DNA of 64,000 bases, taken from IMG/VR virus record IMGVR_UViG_3300042906_000857, positions 67,297 through 131,296 of that record, one strand, 5' to 3'. Of the stretch, positions 57,197-64,000 are shown piece after piece. Position numbers and translations under genes: made by a program. Each line of letters begins with the position of its first letter. The stretch's first letter is position 1. Source of the DNA: a virus (Duplodnaviria > Heunggongvirae > Uroviricota > Caudoviricetes). Under the pieces are notes generated by a model, which was not told where the DNA came from, did not search any database, and was given only the letters and a program-made list of their open reading frames with translations.

Positions 57197-58210
57197 TTAC
57201 TGGTTTGCGGCCTTATTGATTGTAAGTATCGTATTCAATGTGTTATCAGCCTTGGCATCTTCTTTATCAACCGACATGAAATCGATATCAGAAGTAACTT
57301 TACCAACTGCATCAACTTCAACAAATTTCAGTGGGTTCAAGTTATACGATGTGAAATTATAGTTCGCAAGGGTATTTATTCCGTATATAGGTTGACTTGA
57401 CACAAAGTTTCCTGTTAGTTCTTTTACTCTTAATACGTTGTCGGTAAACTGTACGACTATTCCTGTTGCAGTTGAATCGTCAGAATTGTAACCTTGATAT
57501 ATCTTTTCACCAACCTTATACGTACCGTAACCAGAATTTAAATCCATATAAAATTCAATAACTTCTGCTGTCGTTATTAAATTGTAAACGGAAACAAAAG
57601 CACGATTGATAACGTTTGTCTCTGATGGTTTACCAAAAACAAAACCTTTGACAGTAAAGTTTAAGGTCCAAACAATCATTCTTGTGTCGTTCTCTCTAGG
57701 TCCTTCATATGTAATTTCATGTGAAGTTGAGTTCAGAATGACAGGTACCTCTTTGATGATTCCCATTTCAGGAATCAAATTCAATTTCATCGTGTAGTCT
57801 GGTGTAAAGAACGGTAGAATGTGTTCTATTATTTGTGTACCATCTTCAATGTTTCTAACGTATATGTAAAGACTAAAATCAAAGTTGTAGGGTACAGGAT
57901 TGTATTGTGAAATTATACCAGTAGCTGTAGATGCAAAATTCTTAACGTTTGTATTTTGTTTTCTATTTGCATCATATTGCATACCAGTCATTTCAAAAGA
58001 CAATCGTGGTAGAGTTACTTGCACCTTTTTGTCTAGAGCCATATCTTCCTCTAGACGCATGATATAACGTTCTTTAGTTGCATACGCAATAGGAACAATA
58101 AATCTTTCAGTCTCATCAAGGTTGCCATCGAACCTGTATAGTGTAATACTATCAAACAGATTGCCAAATCCAACAACCAATTTTCTTATGACACGATTGT
58201 ATGTTGACAT
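57197..58210 (-). CDS. gp15: Tail sheath stabiliser / terminator
   Basis: VPIAYATKE, LPRLSFEM, QIIEHILPFFTP. Confidence 0.93.
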   Translation of the reverse strand: MSTYNRVIRKLVVGFGNLFDSITLYRFDGNLDETERFIVPIAYATKERYIMRLEEDMALDKKVQVTLPRLSFEMTGMQYDANRKQNTNVKNFASTATGIISQYNPVPYNFDFSLYIYVRNIEDGTQIIEHILPFFTPDYTMKLNLIPEMGIIKEVPVILNSTSHEITYEGPRENDTRMIVWTLNFTVKGFVFGKPSETNVINRAFVSVYNLITTAEVIEFYMDLNSGYGTYKVGEKIYQGYNSDDSTATGIVVQFTDNVLRVKELTGNFVSSQPIYGINTLANYNFTSYNLNPLKFVEVDAVGKVTSDIDFMSVDKEDAKADNTLNTILTINKAANQ

Positions 58211-59091
58211 TATATTTTTCCGAACGGATTAGATTCTGTGAAGTCTATGATATTATTTGCCGCATTAAACAAATACGCATTATCATAAGTTTCATTTCGT
58301 GTACTGTCTTTTAGTGGATCAAAAGATGACAGGTAATATCGTGCATTGCTTGTTGCACCAATAATAACTTGGCTGCTTTGGAATTCACCTGCAACATTTG
58401 TCACCTTCAGAACATCATCAATTGTGTTCCACTCTTGTACAATTGCAACCACTGACGCATTGGCCTGTGTGAAGTCAATTGACTGGAATACAATTTCTCT
58501 TGCTTCATATGTTCCAGTACCAACACCAGTATTCAAGTCGATAGTGTAACTTGATTGAATCATTACATCATCAATATCTTCCACACCAGTATCGATAACT
58601 TCTTGAGAATACTTGAATTTCTCTAGTTCCAATTCATAGAAATATGGAATCTTTCGGCCTAACATAAAGAAGTCTTTAGTTTGATTTGTGAATTTGATTT
58701 CAAATATCTCACCAGTACCATTCAAAAACGGTACATAAATCAGATCACCCTCTCGTGGTCTGGTGAAATGATCTTGTGGAACACGTTGAGAGAAAGACCT
58801 CTTAGACAACATAATATTAATGTTGTTCTTAATTTCCAAGCCAAACTTGGAAAAGAATTCTCTTTCACCACCGTACTCCAAAGAACTCGATAGATAAAAT
58901 TCAATAGGAAATGCTGAACTGAATTTTTTAACCGGATCTTCACCGTACAAAATATCACGGTCAGTTTCATTTTCAATAGGTAGATAATAGGCGTCATGCC
59001 CCATAATCTTGATTGATTCAACAATCAAATCTTCAACTACTCGCTGTTCAGCAAGAGAGTTGTAATTGTTAAAATAGACCGAAGTTGCCAT
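58210..59091 (-). CDS. gp14: Neck protein
   Basis: RPREGDLIY, FSKFGLEI, NPFG C-terminus. Confidence 0.93.
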   Translation of the reverse strand: MATSVYFNNYNSLAEQRVVEDLIVESIKIMGHDAYYLPIENETDRDILYGEDPVKKFSSAFPIEFYLSSSLEYGGEREFFSKFGLEIKNNINIMLSKRSFSQRVPQDHFTRPREGDLIYVPFLNGTGEIFEIKFTNQTKDFFMLGRKIPYFYELELEKFKYSQEVIDTGVEDIDDVMIQSSYTIDLNTGVGTGTYEAREIVFQSIDFTQANASVVAIVQEWNTIDDVLKVTNVAGEFQSSQVIIGATSNARYYLSSFDPLKDSTRNETYDNAYLFNAANNIIDFTESNPFGKI

Positions 59092-59092
59092 A

Positions 59093-59869
59093 TTAGTTCA
59101 TGAACATTTCAAGAGGTGCGCCGTACTTGTCACCAATTTCGGCATGTAACATATCTATTTCGTTTTTGGCTTCAGTATAAATCCTGTCGCCATTTAATTT
59201 AACACCACCTGGTAATTGAATACCTTCAAACTTTTTAAGGTTATTACCCCAAGAACGTTTGATAAGTGCTGTTGCATATTCTTTTAACCAACGGTCATTC
59301 CATGCCATTGTATATACATCCGGATCAATCAACGCATAACATTCGGCAATAACTGTCGTACCAATTGGTGCTTCACTGCGTCCCCATGCCCAATCGATAT
59401 ACAACCTTTGCATATGTCTCTGGAATCGAATAGGAACCTCACCAGTGAACATCAATTCCAAAGAACGAAGATGTTGTTGAGTCAGTGTGTAATTGATGTA
59501 GGACGCCGAAGTAAAGTCATACAATTCATTTAAACGTAATTGGTATCTCAAGTCAAACATATTGACTGACGATTGTGAATCGGATATCGGAAACACTCTG
59601 GTGATACCAGCAATTTGCAGTACGTTATTAGATGAGTCTTTTGCTTCTGTCAGATTCAGGTACTTATTATTGATATCCGTTTGGTCAATTTTTTTGATGT
59701 AATATATTTTTTGTAGTCCATCAAAGTGGTAGTCTTGCCAATATTGCAACGCATCATCGATACGATCTTCCACCTGGTCATCATCAACGTTGATTTCGAT
59801 GACAGGAAACCCTAATCTGCGTAAGCAATATTCTTTGAAAGCTGTTCTGGTTGTAATTGGCTGCGACAT
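59093..59869 (-). CDS. gp13: Neck protein
   Basis: YCLRRLGFPVIEINV, WLKEYATALIK, LPGGVKLNG. Confidence 0.95.
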   Translation of the reverse strand: MSQPITTRTAFKEYCLRRLGFPVIEINVDDDQVEDRIDDALQYWQDYHFDGLQKIYYIKKIDQTDINNKYLNLTEAKDSSNNVLQIAGITRVFPISDSQSSVNMFDLRYQLRLNELYDFTSASYINYTLTQQHLRSLELMFTGEVPIRFQRHMQRLYIDWAWGRSEAPIGTTVIAECYALIDPDVYTMAWNDRWLKEYATALIKRSWGNNLKKFEGIQLPGGVKLNGDRIYTEAKNEIDMLHAEIGDKYGAPLEMFMN

Positions 59870-59915
59870 TATTTCCCCCTATTAGGGGTATTTATGTTTC
59901 TTGGAACAACTAATA

Positions 59916-61400
59916 TTAGTATCGAATGACGATACGACCACCACCAGCCCAAGAAGTGCTGGCGTTTCCGCCTTGGCCAGCAGACCTGTTTGAAGCATTA
60001 ACTGTACCTGATGCTCTGTCTGCATCAGCAGAATTACCTGGAGTACTAACACCTGTTCCAGCAATAAGTGATGTTGTACCAGTTAGTCCACCAATATAAC
60101 CTGATCCTCCGCCACCTGCGGAATGTCCCCAGCTGCCGTTTCTACGGCCAGAACCGCCGCCATAATAACCACCACCAGCACCGCCGCCGTATGTAACTGT
60201 ACCGCCTGTTAATTGTCCGCCGTATGTGGTTTCACCTTCACCTCCTGGTGTACTCGAACCACCGGCACTTTGCGTTCCGCCTTGGCCGCCAGTGCCTACT
60301 CCACCTGGGCCATGTCCTGCGGTACCTGTTGTACCACCACCATGACCACCGCCGCCTTGAATTGAACCACCGCCACCGCCGCCAGCAGCAGCAATCACAT
60401 TTGCAAATGCTGTACCACCACTAAACACATATGAACCACCGCCACCGCCGTGATCTTGACCACCGCCCACACCGCCACCGAAACCACCTGCATCGTTGCC
60501 TGTGCCAGTGCCTTCTACAGAACCATAACCGCCACCACCTACTCGTAATGTGAATGTTTCTCCTGGTGTAACAGTTCTAAATCCACTTGCATAACCACCA
60601 GACCCACCAAATTCTGTAGTGCCAGCACCACCACCGCCAGCACCCCAAACTTTAAATTGTACCGATGTTACTCCATCTGGAACTGTCCAAGTTTGATCTG
60701 CTCCACCGCCGACAGCAGGCATACCAAAAGCAACAACCACCGGTTCTGTTGTGACTGCAATACTAAAATTTCTATCAGTATCTTGGCCTTGACCATCTGT
60801 TGCTCGAATCGCAAAGTTGTATGTGGTTGAACCTGATACACCAGGTGCTGTTCCTGATATTACACCTGTGTTGGCACTCAATGTCATTCCAGCAGGCAAA
60901 GTGCCAGAGTACAAACTGTATGTTACTGGTGCATCACCTGTTGCAACAACGGTTGTGTTTGCGTTTGCTGTGTTTCGTAAAACCGATAAGATTGAACCTG
61001 AAGCTGTTGTCCAAACTGGTGCAGGACTATAAATTATTCCCGGTACAGATAGTGTGGTACCACCATCTGCATTGATGACGTATATGACATATGTACCAGT
61101 TGACAAAGCAGGTGTAACAAAGGTAATCAGTGTATCACCAACATAAGTTACAGTCGGTGCAGGAGTTGTTCCCACGACAACAGTAACACCAGCCGCAAAG
61201 CCTGTACCGTTCAAGGTGATTGTTTGTCCACCGCCCGTATCAGCAGCAGTATCATTTGATGGATAACCAATACTTGTTACCTTCAAAGCAGAAGTTGCTA
61301 ACGAGTAAGCAGTATTAGCTTTATTATATACTCCAGGTGATAACACTGAGAAGTCTTGTGTGTTATCTAGTCCACTTGGTTGTATTTTTGTTAATGCCAT
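59916..61400 (-). CDS. Fibre/adhesin protein with IPT/TIG, putative Ig and glycine-rich domains
   Basis: GTGF..G..V.VG (IPT), LPAGMTLS..GVISGT (Ig), VWGAGGGG Gly-rich C-terminus. Confidence 0.75.
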   Translation of the reverse strand: MALTKIQPSGLDNTQDFSVLSPGVYNKANTAYSLATSALKVTSIGYPSNDTAADTGGGQTITLNGTGFAAGVTVVVGTTPAPTVTYVGDTLITFVTPALSTGTYVIYVINADGGTTLSVPGIIYSPAPVWTTASGSILSVLRNTANANTTVVATGDAPVTYSLYSGTLPAGMTLSANTGVISGTAPGVSGSTTYNFAIRATDGQGQDTDRNFSIAVTTEPVVVAFGMPAVGGGADQTWTVPDGVTSVQFKVWGAGGGGAGTTEFGGSGGYASGFRTVTPGETFTLRVGGGGYGSVEGTGTGNDAGGFGGGVGGGQDHGGGGGSYVFSGGTAFANVIAAAGGGGGGSIQGGGGHGGGTTGTAGHGPGGVGTGGQGGTQSAGGSSTPGGEGETTYGGQLTGGTVTYGGGAGGGYYGGGSGRRNGSWGHSAGGGGSGYIGGLTGTTSLIAGTGVSTPGNSADADRASGTVNASNRSAGQGGNASTSWAGGGRIVIRY

Positions 61401-61415
61401 TTTTATTTTTCCTAA

Positions 61416-64000
61416 TTATTTTGTATAAAGAGCTTGTGCTGGTGGAGTGAATGTGGAGGTGTATCGTGCAACACCTTTGGTGATACGTAGGTCATCAATA
61501 TAACCAGTAAAATAATTTCCAACATGACTGATGCCTACCTCTAACGATCCGGATGCACTATAATTTCTAGCATCAGCTACGCTGCCGTCTAAAACCCCAT
61601 TAACCCATAGTTTCACAGTTCCACTTTGTCGTGTAACTGCTATATGATACCATTGATTTGTGGAAAGTGATGTGGTACCAGTTAATAAATTAGCAGGTGT
61701 TTGCGGAGTTATAGTTCCCCATTGTAATTTATTTGCAGGTAATATATAAAGTGTCCATCCTACACCATAACCAAACATAATTCCAGAGTCACTACCCAAA
61801 CTACTCCATTTGATCCAACTTTCAATAGTAAAATCTCCTGTACCCCATGAAACGTTTTGATTAGAAGGTGTAATCAAATAATCTCCAGTGCCGTCAAAGT
61901 ACATAGCGCCTGTACCATATTTAACTGCAGCTGAAGAAACTTTTGAATCTGCAACAGTGGTATAATTACTTTGCATGGATTGGTCTACAATACTAGCATT
62001 TGTTCCTCTGAGCAACAAAGCTGTAGTTTTGAGTACATTCAATGGTGTTGTATTTGGTGTAAAATTGCTTGAGTATAAACCTGTTTTTGTAATTCTAAGA
62101 TCGGAAATATAACCATTGTACTGATAGTGTACAGTATTAACAGTATCATACCCAATATATAAAGGTAGGTCATTATCACTTGGTAAAGTTATTGAAGTGG
62201 GACCTGCTGCTGAGGTTCCATTAATGAAAATTCGTGCGGAACCAGCAACGCAAGAAAGTGCAACATGATACCATTGACCTGTTGTAATTGTTCCTGCCGA
62301 AGTTGCAATACCTGTACCTGGCCAAGCCGGGCCCGCTCCAATAATACCATTGGAAGATAAAGTAACCGTATAACTAGCAGGAGTATCATTTACGTTAAAC
62401 ATTAAAAATCTGCAAGGACCAGCGGGCAAAGCATTAACATACATATACAGTTCTATTGTCCAATTGCCGCCAGATAAATTAAATGCATTGGAAGTTGGCA
62501 AGGATAATCTATGTCCATTTATATACATAGAACCACCATGAATACTTGGAACATATCCCGTAGTAGTACCAAATGGTGAGAATCTGCTTACAGTTGTATC
62601 ACCATTTTTAGTAACTACAAAATTATTAGTACTGTTGTCTTTAAAGTTATTAGATTGGCAAGTTAATAGACTCGTATTAGCAATTGCTGTTAGTGGTGTT
62701 GTACTTGGAGTAAACGCTGCAGTATAGAGTGCAGTACCTTTTACAATGCGGAGATTTGAAATATTTCCTCTAAAATAACTGCCATCACTGTTATAGTTAG
62801 CGTAGTAAGTTCCAATGAATAGTGTACCGCCAGCACCAGCACCACTAAACGAATTTGTTGAATAAACTGATACTCCGTTAACATACATGCTAAAGTTACT
62901 GCCGTATCTTACTGCGGCAATATGTGTCCAAGCATTATTTTGGATTACACTGACAGCAGAAGTATAAGTATTGGTCCAGCTCCAGTTTCCGGCAGGATTA
63001 GTCTGCCACATTAGGCTTCTATCATTGTTGATCTGCCAACTGTTCCAGGTTGAACTTCCACCGGCACCTGATGTTAAAATAGTATTGTTACCGTTTGAAG
63101 TTACATAGACCCAACATTCAACAGTCCAATCTCCAGTACTGAGATTATAGTTAGAAGTAGCTGGAGTAGATAGATAAGCTGTTGTGCCATTAAAGTAGTT
63201 GCTCCAATTTGATCCGAACGGACTAAATGACCCTTGTGTTGGTGTGCCAGTATTGGTTATTGCAAGGTTATTTGGTCCTGAATCCACAAATATATTATTA
63301 TTATTTGGTACTGGACTTTGTAAAGTTAGTAAACTTGTACCTGAAATTGCTGTTAGTGGACTAGTTGGTGGTGTAAATGCTACAGTGTAAACTGCCGTAC
63401 CTTTTACTATACGTAGGTTGGAGATGTAACCAAAAGTTCCGTATAAATTAGTACCATTCATACCACCAATATATCTAACATTTGCAGAGTTATTCAAATT
63501 TGTACTATTAGTTGCTGTACCTACTGATACACCATTAATATATAGTTTCATTGTTGTACCTGAACGTACAACAGCGATATGAGACCATACCTTCAATTGC
63601 AATCCCACACTAGAAACGATCCAGTTAGTTAAATCTCCACCAACAGAAATTCCTTGTGTATAGTTCCAATAAATTTGTAAAGCACTATCGGTACCAGTTC
63701 TATAACCATAAAACATTTGATTAGTACTAGGTGTAGGTGTAGAGAGCGGAGCTTGAGTAGGATTAATCCACATTTCAATAGTAAAATCACCTGTACCAAA
63801 ATCATTCGCTGAACTAGCTGGTGTTGTCAAATAGTTACTTCCACTAAAACTTGTAGAACCTAGTGTAACAGAAGGTGTAGTTTCAAACGGAATTTTTTGT
63901 GAGACTGAAACACTAGTATTGGTAATTGCAAAAGCATTAGTACTATTATCTTTAATACGATTATTTTGTAAAATTAAAAGACTTGTACCGGAAATTGCTG
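61416..64000 (-). CDS. Multi-LamG (ConA-like lectin) fibre protein, partial
   Basis: Repeated GDFTIE.W...WxHIAV.R..G...GYISNLRI units; the frame stays open to the window edge. Confidence 0.85.
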   Translation of the reverse strand, partial: AISGTSLLILQNNRIKDNSTNAFAITNTSVSVSQKIPFETTPSVTLGSTSFSGSNYLTTPASSANDFGTGDFTIEMWINPTQAPLSTPTPSTNQMFYGYRTGTDSALQIYWNYTQGISVGGDLTNWIVSSVGLQLKVWSHIAVVRSGTTMKLYINGVSVGTATNSTNLNNSANVRYIGGMNGTNLYGTFGYISNLRIVKGTAVYTVAFTPPTSPLTAISGTSLLTLQSPVPNNNNIFVDSGPNNLAITNTGTPTQGSFSPFGSNWSNYFNGTTAYLSTPATSNYNLSTGDWTVECWVYVTSNGNNTILTSGAGGSSTWNSWQINNDRSLMWQTNPAGNWSWTNTYTSAVSVIQNNAWTHIAAVRYGSNFSMYVNGVSVYSTNSFSGAGAGGTLFIGTYYANYNSDGSYFRGNISNLRIVKGTALYTAAFTPSTTPLTAIANTSLLTCQSNNFKDNSTNNFVVTKNGDTTVSRFSPFGTTTGYVPSIHGGSMYINGHRLSLPTSNAFNLSGGNWTIELYMYVNALPAGPCRFLMFNVNDTPASYTVTLSSNGIIGAGPAWPGTGIATSAGTITTGQWYHVALSCVAGSARIFINGTSAAGPTSITLPSDNDLPLYIGYDTVNTVHYQYNGYISDLRITKTGLYSSNFTPNTTPLNVLKTTALLLRGTNASIVDQSMQSNYTTVADSKVSSAAVKYGTGAMYFDGTGDYLITPSNQNVSWGTGDFTIESWIKWSSLGSDSGIMFGYGVGWTLYILPANKLQWGTITPQTPANLLTGTTSLSTNQWYHIAVTRQSGTVKLWVNGVLDGSVADARNYSASGSLEVGISHVGNYFTGYIDDLRITKGVARYTSTFTPPAQALYTK

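Overview
A 64 kb segment of an AT-rich T4-like (large myovirus) phage genome, almost all on the minus strand, with synteny like aquatic T4-like phages. A proteobacterial host is an inference. Right to left it holds: lectin/Gly-rich fibre proteins; neck gp13-14-15; terminase gp16-17; tail gp18-19; portal and head genes gp20-21-22-23; gp3; uvsY-uvsW; gp55; gp47-46; peptide deformylase; gp1; gp45-44-62-regA; hsp20; dCMP deaminase; a ~7 kb tRNA region with 29 tRNAs covering all 20 amino acids; groES; a plus-strand island of secreted/membrane proteins; gp43; uvsX; gp41; a glycosyl/nucleotidyl-transferase cluster; and a His-rich ligase-like gene. The most notable signal is not in the ORF track. Directly upstream of the 28-tRNA operon is a promoter, a 36-codon leader peptide that contains all 20 amino acids, and mutually exclusive antiterminator/terminator helices. 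This looks like a ribosome-coupled attenuator that could sense loss of any tRNA. The array also has three promoters with an identically placed TGTTG-N8-CAACA box, two boxA-like motifs, two families of structured ncRNA cassettes, and several non-canonical tRNAs. All assignments are from motif reading by eye; no searches or folding programs were run.
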